A stretch of DNA of 35,990 nt. Origin: Chloroflexota bacterium (GTDB lineage: Bacteria; Chloroflexota; Limnocylindria; Limnocylindrales; CSP1-4). This document shows, piece after piece, positions 25,856 through 34,154 of the stretch. The stretch lies in NCBI GenBank assembly GCA_021788175.1, contig JAJYKX010000004.1, forward strand, positions 1 to 35,990. The letters are read 5' to 3'. The position numbers were made by a program, and so were the translations under genes. The notes under the pieces were generated by a model. The model was not told the DNA's origin and did not search any database. It was given only the letters and a program-made list of their open reading frames with translations. Positions within the stretch are counted from its first letter, which is position 1. Each line of letters opens with the position of its first letter.

Positions 25856-27712
25856 TCACCCCGCGGACAGCGTCTCGTGAACCCTGTCGGCGAGCCCGGC
25901 GCCGATCCCGGGGACGGCGGCGATCTCCTCCACGGATGCCTCCCGGATCCGTCGCACGGAGCCGAACGCCCGCAGCAGCGCGCGACGGCGCCTGGGACCG
26001 AGACCCGGCACCTCGTCGAAGGCGGAACGCGTCTGGCGCTTTCCCCGCAGGTTCCGGTGGTAGGTGATGGCGAAGCGGTGCGCCTCGTCCCGGAGACGCT
26101 GCACCAGGTGCAGGGCGGGCGAGGTGCCGGGCAGCACGATCGGATCGCGGGCCCCCGGCAGGAAGAGCTCCTCGCGCTGCTTGGCGATCCCGGCCAGTGG
26201 CAGGTCATGCAGCCCGAGCTCGTCGAGCACCTCCTTGGCCGCCGAGACCTGGCCCTTGCCGCCGTCGATCAGCACCAGGTCGGGCATGCGCCAGCGCAGC
26301 CCGGCGTCCTCCGCGCGCTCCTCCGCCTCCAGCGCGGCCCGCCGGAAGCGGCGCCGCAGCACCTCGCGGTGGCTCGCGAAGTCGTCGGTCCCTTCCACCG
26401 TCCGGATCCGGAAGCGGCGGTACTGGTCCGTGGCGGGCTTCCCGTCGACGAAGACGACCATGCTCCCCACGGTGTCGCTGCCCTGGATCGTGCTGATGTC
26501 GTAGCACTCCACCCGCACCGGCACCGCCGGCAGCCCGAGCGCCTCCGCCAGTTCCTCGAGCGCGGCGAGCAGCGCCCCGTGGTCGGCAAGCCGGCGGGCG
26601 CGCTCGCGGGCCAGCGCCTCCTCCGCGTTGCGGGAGGCGAGGGCGACCAGCTCGCGCTTCTCCCCGCGCTGGGGCACCGTGAGCGTCACGCGGCTTCCCC
26701 GGCGCTCGGACAGGAACGCCGCCAGGTCGTCGGCGTCCGCCGGCCGGAGCGGCACGAGCACGGCCGGGGGGATGGAGGCCGCCGAGGCGTAGTACTGCTT
26801 GACGAACGCGGCCAGCACCTCGTCGTCGGGAACCTCGGACCGGCTGACCATGGTGAACACGTCGCGCCCCACCATCCGCCCGCCCCGCACCACGAAGAGC
26901 TGGATGGCCGCCTCCCCTGCCCCGCGGGCGATCCCCAGCACGTCCTGCTGCGTGCGCGCGTAGGCGGCCATCTTCTGGCTCTCGGTGGTCCGCTCCACCG
27001 CTCGCAGCTGATCGCGCAGCGCGGCGGCCCGCTCGTAGTCGAGCGCTTCCGAGGCGGACTCCATCTCGCGGCGCAGGTGGCGCGTCACCTGCTCCTGGCG
27101 CCCGTCGAGGAAGAGCATCACCTGGTCGATGTCGTGCCGGTAGGCCGTCCGGGAGACGGCCTCGATGCAGGGGCCCTGGCAGCGCTTGATGTCGTACAGG
27201 AGGCAGGGCCGGGCCAGCGCCCGCTCGCCGTCCCGGATCGGGATGGTGCAGGTACGGAACGGGAACAGCCGGCGGATCAGGTCCATCGCGCTGTCCACGC
27301 TCGTCACCGAGGCGTATGGCCCGAAGTAGCGGCTCCCGTCCTGGACCAGCCGCCGGGTGCGCTCGATGCGCGGGAAGTCGTCGGCCAGCGTCACCTTGAT
27401 GAAGGGGTAGCTCTTGTCATCCTTGAGGCGGGCGTTGTAGGTGGGCTGGTGGCGCTTGATCAGGTTCGCCTCGAGGAGCAGCGCCTCGCTGACGGTATCG
27501 GTGAGGGTCCACTCGACGGAGACCACCTGGTCCACCGAGAAGACGCCCCAGCTCCCGCCACGCGCGCCTCGACGCTGCCAGTAGCTGCGGACGCGATGGC
27601 GCAGGCTCTGGGCCTTCCCGACGTACAGCACGGTCCCGGACGCGTCCTTGAACAGGTACACGCCGGGATGGTCGGGAAGGCGCGCCAGCGTCGCCTCGAG
27701 CTCGGGGGTCAC
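25856..27712 (-). CDS. uvrC: Excinuclease ABC subunit C
   Basis: GIY-YIG (GVYLF...YVGKA), YFGPY, Cys cluster (CLLYDIKRCQGPC), UVR motif, ECYDIS, DGGKGQ, RDEAHRFA, HhH. Confidence 0.97.
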   Translation of the reverse strand: MTPELEATLARLPDHPGVYLFKDASGTVLYVGKAQSLRHRVRSYWQRRGARGGSWGVFSVDQVVSVEWTLTDTVSEALLLEANLIKRHQPTYNARLKDDKSYPFIKVTLADDFPRIERTRRLVQDGSRYFGPYASVTSVDSAMDLIRRLFPFRTCTIPIRDGERALARPCLLYDIKRCQGPCIEAVSRTAYRHDIDQVMLFLDGRQEQVTRHLRREMESASEALDYERAAALRDQLRAVERTTESQKMAAYARTQQDVLGIARGAGEAAIQLFVVRGGRMVGRDVFTMVSRSEVPDDEVLAAFVKQYYASAASIPPAVLVPLRPADADDLAAFLSERRGSRVTLTVPQRGEKRELVALASRNAEEALARERARRLADHGALLAALEELAEALGLPAVPVRVECYDISTIQGSDTVGSMVVFVDGKPATDQYRRFRIRTVEGTDDFASHREVLRRRFRRAALEAEERAEDAGLRWRMPDLVLIDGGKGQVSAAKEVLDELGLHDLPLAGIAKQREELFLPGARDPIVLPGTSPALHLVQRLRDEAHRFAITYHRNLRGKRQTRSAFDEVPGLGPRRRRALLRAFGSVRRIREASVEEIAAVPGIGAGLADRVHETLSAG

Positions 27713-27766
27713 GCGCTAATGCTAGGGCATGGCACCGTGGGGCCCCCTCCCCTCGCCGCGGTCGGC

Positions 27767-27889
27767 CACCCGTGCCCGTGCCTCCCGTGCGCGTGCTTGC
27801 CTGCGCGACACCCGTGCCCATGCGCGTGCCCGCCGGCGCGCGTGCCTTGCGGCGCGTGCTTGCCTGCGCGCGTGCCTGCCGGCGCGACA
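27767..27889. repeat. Degenerate ~16-nt repeat cluster (GCGCGTGCYYGCCKGC)
   Basis: About five imperfect copies (gcgcgtgcttgcctgc twice, gcgcgtgcccgccggc, gcgcgtgcctgccggc, gcgcgtgccttgcg) plus two cacccgtgccc copies. Confidence 0.7.
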
Positions 27890-27909
27890 TCTGCAGGATT
27901 GCTGCACGA

Positions 27910-27961
27910 CCCCGGGGCGGCGTTGCCCCCGGGGCGGCGTTGCCCCCGGGGGCGGCGTTGC
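27910..27961. repeat. 17-nt tandem repeat x3 (CCCCGGGGCGGCGTTGC)
   Basis: Copies start at 27910, 27927 and 27944; the third has one extra G. Confidence 0.9.
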
Positions 27962-28251
27962 CCGATGCTCACCGGGTGAACGCCGGGCGAGCGCCGGGCA
28001 CGGCCCGGGGTGGTCGGCGGCACCGTGAGCGCTGACGTCGCGGTCGACGCGACGAGTCTTGCGCTCAGAATGGCGCCGCGATTCGAATCCCGAAGCCCGC
28101 CGGCCAGCCGCCCGTTCGGCGCTGCGGGCCGGGCCGCCTCGCGTTCACTGCACGAGCATTGGTCAGGACGAGGGCCCGGACGGGGTCAGGGCGGGCTCGG
28201 CGCGGACGTCACTGGCTCCGGAGCCGCGCGGGGCCGATGATCGACCGGTCA

Positions 28252-28280
28252 CCCGCTCCGCGGCAGCGCCGCGGAGCGGG
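28252..28280 (-). terminator. 13-bp perfect hairpin downstream of the aldehyde dehydrogenase; possible U-less terminator
   Basis: CCCGCTCCGCGGC-AGC-GCCGCGGAGCGGG; no U tract. Confidence 0.45.
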
Positions 28281-28376
28281 AGGCGGGTGGCCGGGCGCGA
28301 TCCGGGGGCCGCAGCGAGCCGGGCCGTAGGGCCCGACCGAGCGAAGGGCGGACCGGGCGCGCCCGGTCAGGACCCG

Positions 28377-29918
28377 TCATCCTCCCCTGCCGCGCCACAC
28401 GATGTCGTGCCAGGGCTTGCGGACCGCGCCGTCGATGTCCATGGCCACGTGCTTCACGATGGTGTACTCATCGAAGCTGTACTGGCTCATGTCCTTGCCG
28501 GTCCCGGATTGCCGGAACCCGCCGTGCGGCATCTCGGAGGTGATCGGGATGTGCTCGTTGACCCACACGGTGCCGAAGTGGAGGTCGCGGGCCATCCGAA
28601 GCGCCCGCTGCACGTTCGAGGTCCAGACCGAGGCCGCCAGCCCGTAGACCACGTCGTTCGACTTGACCACTGCGTCGGCCTCGTCCGCGAACGGCAGGAG
28701 CACGAGGACCGGCCCGAAGATCTCCCGCTGGGTGATCTCGGCATCCTGCGCGGCGCCCTCGACCACGGTCGGCAGGTAGTACGCGCCCTCTGCCAGGTCC
28801 TGGTCATCGGGCCGGGCGCCCCCGATGGCAACGCTGGCCCCGGCCGCCACGGCGCGCTCGACGAAGCCCGCCACGCGGTCGCGCTGCGCCCGGCTGATCA
28901 GCGGCCCGAGGTCGGTGGCCTCGTCGAACGGGGGACCCACCCGCACCGTGCGAACGCGCTCCATCAGCAGGTCGCGGAACCGCGCATAGGCCGGCTGCTC
29001 CACGTAGATCCGCGTGGCCGCCGTGCAGTCCTGGCCGACGTTGATGAAGCCCGCGGCCACCGCGCCGTTCGCCGCAGCCTCCAGGTCGGCGTCGGCGAAG
29101 ACGACGAACGGCGCCTTGCCGCCGAGCTCGAGGTGGACCCGCTTCAGCCCGGCCGCCGCGTGCTGCATGATGTCGACACCGGTCCGCGTGTCGCCCGTGA
29201 GCGACACCATGTCGACCTCCGGGTGCGCGACCAGCGCCGGCCCCACCAGCTCGCCGCGACCCGTGATCACGTTGAGCACCCCGTCCGGCAGGCCCGCCTC
29301 GGTGGCCAGCTGGGCCAGGCGCAGCGACGTGAGCGGCGTCAGCGACGCGGGCTTCAGCACGATGGTGTTGCCGGCGGCAATGGCGGGGAGGATCTTCCAC
29401 ACCGCCATCTGCAGGGGGTAGTTCCAGGGCGCCACCGAGCCGACCACCCCGATCGGCTCCCGGCGCAGCGCGCTGGTGATCCCCGGCATGTACTCGCCGG
29501 CCGCCTTCCCCTCCAGGTTGCGCGCCGCGCCCGCGAAGAAGCGCACGTTGTCGATGCTGCCCGCCAGGTCGAAGTCCCGGGCCATGCGCAGCGTCTTGCC
29601 GGTGTTGCGTGCCTCCAGCTCGGCCAGCTCGGCGCCGTGCGCCTCCATCAGGTCCGCGATCCGGAGCAGCACTGCGGCGCGCTCCGCGGGAAGCGCCCGC
29701 GACCACCCGCTGCCGGCAAAGGCGCGGCGGGCCGCCCGCACGGCACGATCGACGTCGTCGGGCGTGCCCTCCGGGACCCGCGCGATCGGCAGTGACGTGG
29801 CGGGATCCACGACCTCGATCCAGCGCCCGGAGCCGGCGACCGCCGCGGCGCCGTCGATCCACATCGTCATCTCGCTCACGGCCGACGTGCCGGTCGAGCC
29901 GGCAGGCGTCCCGGTCAT
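28377..29918 (-). CDS. NAD-dependent aldehyde dehydrogenase, aminobutyraldehyde dehydrogenase-like
   Basis: PWNYP, LTGDTRTG, LELGGK, GQDCTA, EIFGPV, MPHGGFRQSGTGKDMS; GAGGAGG RBS before ATG at 29918. Confidence 0.92.
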   Translation of the reverse strand: MTGTPAGSTGTSAVSEMTMWIDGAAAVAGSGRWIEVVDPATSLPIARVPEGTPDDVDRAVRAARRAFAGSGWSRALPAERAAVLLRIADLMEAHGAELAELEARNTGKTLRMARDFDLAGSIDNVRFFAGAARNLEGKAAGEYMPGITSALRREPIGVVGSVAPWNYPLQMAVWKILPAIAAGNTIVLKPASLTPLTSLRLAQLATEAGLPDGVLNVITGRGELVGPALVAHPEVDMVSLTGDTRTGVDIMQHAAAGLKRVHLELGGKAPFVVFADADLEAAANGAVAAGFINVGQDCTAATRIYVEQPAYARFRDLLMERVRTVRVGPPFDEATDLGPLISRAQRDRVAGFVERAVAAGASVAIGGARPDDQDLAEGAYYLPTVVEGAAQDAEITQREIFGPVLVLLPFADEADAVVKSNDVVYGLAASVWTSNVQRALRMARDLHFGTVWVNEHIPITSEMPHGGFRQSGTGKDMSQYSFDEYTIVKHVAMDIDGAVRKPWHDIVWRGRGG

Positions 29919-30047
29919 GGTCTCCCTCCTCGCACTCGACGCTGTGCGCCTTGTACCACGTCCGGGTCGCGGCGTCCGGCCCATCCGGGGCGCACCTCAT
30001 GGGGTTGGCGTGGCTGCCGTCTCCGCCGCCGCAGCCACCCGGTGACG

Positions 30048-30077
30048 ACGTGGCCCGGCATCGCTGCCGGGCCACGT
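30048..30077 (-). terminator. 13-bp perfect hairpin downstream of the nucleotidase gene
   Basis: ACGTGGCCCGGCA-TCGC-TGCCGGGCCACGT, 37 nt after the stop; no U tract. Confidence 0.5.
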
Positions 30078-30114
30078 GCCGCGTGTGTCGAGGGCGTCCT
30101 GCGCCCCCGGGGGA

Positions 30115-33100
30115 CTACTTGGGCTGGTTCTCGAAGACGAGCCGCCCCTCGATCGCCGGCGACACCGTCCCCTTCGCCGCGATGTAGTCGATGGCCGCAT
30201 CCCGGACGTAGTACTGGGTGTCGTGGACGATCTGGCTCAGCGGCCAGAGGCTCTTGCCGTTGCTGTCGCTGAAGTTGCACGCCCCGGCCGCCAGGTAGTT
30301 CACGGTCGAGACGTTGTAGTACGTCGTCGCGTCCTTGAAGTCGACGGCCTTGCCGTTGATCGTCAGCGAGACGACGTTGCTGCCGTCGGGCTTGGGCGGC
30401 ACGGTCTGGCCGGCCGCGGTCTTCTCGTCGTAGGTGATCTTGCCGACCGAGTTGGTGTCGATCATGCAGGTCGTGTAGTACGAGTAGCCGCCGTGCCCGT
30501 CGACGTACTTGTAGTAGTAGAAGTTGCGGTAGGCACGCTCCAGGACCGCCTTGAGCTGCGGGCCGTTCATCTTCAGCACGACCAGCGAGTTCTCGTAGGG
30601 CATCGCGGCGAACATGTCGGAGACCTTGAGGGTCACCGGGTTCTCCGCCGTCGCCCCGTCGGCGATCTTCTTGTTGGTCATCGCGCCGGACAGGTGGACG
30701 TCCACGTCCGTGATCCCGTTCTTCGCGAGCTCGAATACGGAGGCGTCGGCCTGCAGGTTCGCGCCGTTGGTCTCCTGGGTGAAGGCATCGAGCGTGTCGA
30801 TGGGCGCCGTCGTCTTGCCGACGACCTTGTCCTGGTACGAGGCAAGCGCCGCCACGTACGGATCGACGATCGCCTTGATCTGCGGATCGGCAGGCGTGTC
30901 CTTGGTGACGGCCAGGTACTGGCCGGACTCGGTCACCGTCTCGTACCCGCCGCCCGGGTGCGTCTTCATGGAGGAGATGTCGGCGAGCAGCTGCGTGGCG
31001 GCCGCCGGCTTGATCGTCCCGGCCGAGCGCTGGGCCGTGACGTAGGCAGTGAGCGCGGTAAGCTGCGCCGTCGCGGACGCGGTCTGCTTGTTCGCGAACG
31101 CCGACTTGATCGCGTTCAGCTTGGCCGTGAGCGCGGTGACCACGTCCTTGCTCGTGATCGTGCCGGCGCCGTACGCCATCGACACATCATCGGTCGTGCC
31201 GACGACGATCGGACGCATGCCCAGGATGACTTCGCCGAGATACTGGTTGTTGCGGTAGGCCTGCGTCACCTCGACCGGCTGACCCGTGGGTCCGGCGATG
31301 ATGGTGGGCAGGTACTTGTAGTCACCGAACGCCGTCACCGGGCTCGTGTGGCTGTGGCCGCCCATGATCGCCTCGAGACCTGAGACCTGGGCGGCCATCA
31401 CGGTGTCGACGTTGGTGTCCACGTCGACGCTCTTCGGGTCCGTCGTGAACCCGATGTGCGTGAGCGCGACCACGGCGTCGTCCTTCGGCGCGAGCCTGGT
31501 GGTCAGGTTCTGTGCGGCGGTCAGCGGGTTGCCGAACGTCAGCCCCTGGATGTTGCTCGGCAGTTCGTACGTCGGGACCAGATGGTTCGTGATCCCGACG
31601 ATGCCGACGGTGATCTTCTCGGGCCCCACGACCTTCGTGAGGAAGGGCTTGACGCCGCTCCCGCCGCGCGCCGCGGAGAGACCGTAGGCGCCGGAATCCT
31701 TGACGTTGGCGCCCAGGACGGCGAACTGCGCCTGCCCCATGACGCCCTTGAAGACGCTGCTCCCGAAGTTGAACTCGTGGTTGCCCAGGGTCATCGCGTT
31801 GTAGCCCAGGGCGTTCATGACCGCGATGATCGGGTCGGTCCGGAGCGAGTCGGGGAGCGGCGTGCCGTCGCTCGCCTTCCCCGTGTACGACGTCTTGAAG
31901 TAGTAGGACATCGCGTCGCCCTGGATCTGGTCACCGGCACTCAGCAGCAGCGTCCGCTGCGGGTTGTACGCGCGCTCCTGCTTGATCAGGGTGGCCAGCT
32001 GCTCGTAGGCGAGCAGGTTCCCGTGGGAGTCGTTGTTGTGCAGGATCGTGATCGGCACGATGCTGCCGCCCGCCGCGGTGCCGTCCTGCGTGATGCGTCC
32101 GTCGAGCTTGCCGTTGCCCGAGGGGCCCTTGTACGGGTGGGCCGCCGTGTAGGTCCTGGAGACGTACGAGTTGACCGCGTCGAGCATGTCGCCCCAGTAC
32201 GTCAGGTCCTTCATGTACTTGAAGCCGAGGAAGTTGTCGCCGCCGGCCGGGGCGAGGAATTCGTTCGTGCCGACCTTGTACGACTTCTTCAGGTCGAGCG
32301 GCACGCACTTGCCGGTCGTGCGGTTGACGACGCAGGCGTCATACGCGCCCCACGCATACGTGTGCATGGCCAGCGGCGTGGTCGTCGATTTCGGGTCGGG
32401 CTTCTGGTAGTCGTAGAACTTGTAGCGGATCCCCGAGACCTGGATCGCGCCCTTGGTGAGCTGCGCGCTCTGGTTCAGGACCTGGAGGATCTGCGCCCCG
32501 GTCATGGTCCCGACGACGGTCGCGTTGCCGAACGGCAGGATCGTGAACATCTGGCCGTAGGTGAGCAGCATGGGCGCGTGCGTCCAGGTGCCGCTCGTGC
32601 AGTCGGCCGCGTCGCTGCTCCAGGCCCAGCCGCCGGCGGCGGTCGAGTCGGCCTTCGCGCACCAGTCGGTCCGGATGCCGCCCGGGTTGTTGAAGAACAT
32701 GTCGACGTCGTTCGACTTCGTCGCGTCCGTGTTCAGCGCGTTGTAGATCGCGTCGTCGACGAAGTCGGCCATCATGCTGTCGCCGTTGTAGTTGCGCAGC
32801 AGGTCGACCTGCGCGTACCCGATCGGCTTGTTGATGAGCGCCTGGTAGTCGGCGTTGTTCGCCGCAGCGTCGATGACGGCCTTGACGTCGGGATCCTCGG
32901 CGCCGGTCGTGCTGACCGGGAGCGCCTGCCAGGAGATCGTGGCGGTGCCGCCGGCGTACGTGACGTCCGCGCGCCCGACCTGGCGCCCGTTGTAGTAGGC
33001 CTGCACGATCGTCGTGCCGCCCACGGTCACGGCACCCGGAGGCGTGAGCGCCAGCATGTTCGTGTGGCTGTGCCCGCCGACGATCAGCGCCACCGGGTCA

Positions 33101-33858
33101 CCGGCGTCGTTCAGCTTCTGCGCCAGCGTCTTGTCGCCGTAGACGGGGATGCCGTAGCCGTACCCGCCGTCGTTGAACCCGAGGTGGCTCAGCACGACGA
33201 TCATGTCGGCCTTGCCCTTCATCTCGGCGTAGTAGTGCTCGATCGACTCCGCCGGGTCCTTGAAGCAGAGGCCCGCCGTGGCCGAGGCGATCGTGATCGT
33301 GGGCGTCTCCTGCGTGGTGACGCCGATGAGCGCGACCTTGACGCCACCGACGGTCTCGACGACGTAGGGGGCCGCCGCGAAGTCGGGCTTGGTCCAGCCG
33401 GCGGTGGTGCAGCTGCCCGTGTCGTTCTTGACGATGTTCGCCGTCACGAAGGGGTAGGACGCCTGGCTGGTGCGCGCGGCGAGAACCGTCTGCCCCCAGT
33501 CGAACTCGTGGTTGCCGAAGGTGGCAACCTGCTCGCCCATCGCGTTGAAGGCGGCGATCGTCGGCTCGCCCTTCTGCAGGTTCGAGAGCAGGGAGCCCTG
33601 CATCTCGTCGCCGGCGTCGACGAGCAGGACGTTGTCCTTGCCGACGTCGTCACGGATCCCGTTGACGACCGCGGCCACGCGAGCGAGCCCCGGGTTGCTT
33701 CCCGATGACTGGAGCTGCCCGTGGAAGTCGTTGGTGTCCAGGATCGTGAACGTCGCCCCCGGACTCGCGACCGCCGGTGGCGCGGCAGGGATCAACCCGC
33801 CGACCAGCACGAGCGCGCCGACCAGGGCAAGTCGGCGCGGCCCCATGGACCGATGCAT
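30115..33858 (-). CDS. Secreted tandem metallophosphoesterase/5'-nucleotidase (two complete UshA/CpdB-type modules)
   Basis: GGAGGT RBS before ATG at 33858; signal peptide ending AVA; module 1 TNDFHG/DAGD/GNHEFD/SHLG/GGHSH with C-domain NPGGIR, LPFGN; module 2 NNDSHG/SAGD/GNHEFN/THIG/GGHSH with C-domain MPYEN, TVNYLAAG. Confidence 0.9.
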   Translation of the reverse strand: MHRSMGPRRLALVGALVLVGGLIPAAPPAVASPGATFTILDTNDFHGQLQSSGSNPGLARVAAVVNGIRDDVGKDNVLLVDAGDEMQGSLLSNLQKGEPTIAAFNAMGEQVATFGNHEFDWGQTVLAARTSQASYPFVTANIVKNDTGSCTTAGWTKPDFAAAPYVVETVGGVKVALIGVTTQETPTITIASATAGLCFKDPAESIEHYYAEMKGKADMIVVLSHLGFNDGGYGYGIPVYGDKTLAQKLNDAGDPVALIVGGHSHTNMLALTPPGAVTVGGTTIVQAYYNGRQVGRADVTYAGGTATISWQALPVSTTGAEDPDVKAVIDAAANNADYQALINKPIGYAQVDLLRNYNGDSMMADFVDDAIYNALNTDATKSNDVDMFFNNPGGIRTDWCAKADSTAAGGWAWSSDAADCTSGTWTHAPMLLTYGQMFTILPFGNATVVGTMTGAQILQVLNQSAQLTKGAIQVSGIRYKFYDYQKPDPKSTTTPLAMHTYAWGAYDACVVNRTTGKCVPLDLKKSYKVGTNEFLAPAGGDNFLGFKYMKDLTYWGDMLDAVNSYVSRTYTAAHPYKGPSGNGKLDGRITQDGTAAGGSIVPITILHNNDSHGNLLAYEQLATLIKQERAYNPQRTLLLSAGDQIQGDAMSYYFKTSYTGKASDGTPLPDSLRTDPIIAVMNALGYNAMTLGNHEFNFGSSVFKGVMGQAQFAVLGANVKDSGAYGLSAARGGSGVKPFLTKVVGPEKITVGIVGITNHLVPTYELPSNIQGLTFGNPLTAAQNLTTRLAPKDDAVVALTHIGFTTDPKSVDVDTNVDTVMAAQVSGLEAIMGGHSHTSPVTAFGDYKYLPTIIAGPTGQPVEVTQAYRNNQYLGEVILGMRPIVVGTTDDVSMAYGAGTITSKDVVTALTAKLNAIKSAFANKQTASATAQLTALTAYVTAQRSAGTIKPAAATQLLADISSMKTHPGGGYETVTESGQYLAVTKDTPADPQIKAIVDPYVAALASYQDKVVGKTTAPIDTLDAFTQETNGANLQADASVFELAKNGITDVDVHLSGAMTNKKIADGATAENPVTLKVSDMFAAMPYENSLVVLKMNGPQLKAVLERAYRNFYYYKYVDGHGGYSYYTTCMIDTNSVGKITYDEKTAAGQTVPPKPDGSNVVSLTINGKAVDFKDATTYYNVSTVNYLAAGACNFSDSNGKSLWPLSQIVHDTQYYVRDAAIDYIAAKGTVSPAIEGRLVFENQPK

Positions 33859-33974
33859 GCGCGCACCTCCCATGGCGGATGGGACGCCGACCCGCCACAT
33901 GTGCGCCCGGGGATGAACGGCCCACCGAGGCCGCCTGGGCACCCGGGCGCGGCCTCCTTCCCCCCTGCCCGGAA

Positions 33975-34002
33975 GGATAGTCGTATCCAATCCGTTCGGA
34001 TA
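33975..34002. promoter_or_regulatory. AT-richer divergent promoter region with adjacent palindromes
   Basis: GGATA-gtcg-TATCC (33975-33988) and ATCCG-tt-CGGAT (33990-34001), overlapping a minus-strand TATCCT -10 candidate. Confidence 0.45.
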
Positions 34003-34154
34003 GGCCAATTGACACGGCGGTGCGCATTTCCTGCACCTCCGGACATGGCGAACGTACCGGCAGCCCGGGCATGACGAACCCGTCCGGCGGCCGGATCGGC
34101 CCGCGCAAGTCGCCGGTGATCCCGCGTCGATCCCCCGGCGCGATCATCCCGGCC

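Noticed and set aside
27767-27961. Possible CRISPR array
   Set aside because: Units are 16-17 nt, directly adjacent, with no unique spacers, and there are no cas genes.
28075-28100. TTCGAATCC T-loop-like motif as a tRNA fragment or att site
   Set aside because: No T stem or acceptor pairing on either strand, no extended match to the window's tRNA 3' ends, and no integrase.
30115-33858. Horizontal origin of the nucleotidase suggested by Lys/Thr/Asn-rich composition
   Set aside because: Third codon positions remain strongly G/C like the neighbours; the amino-acid bias is typical of secreted proteins.
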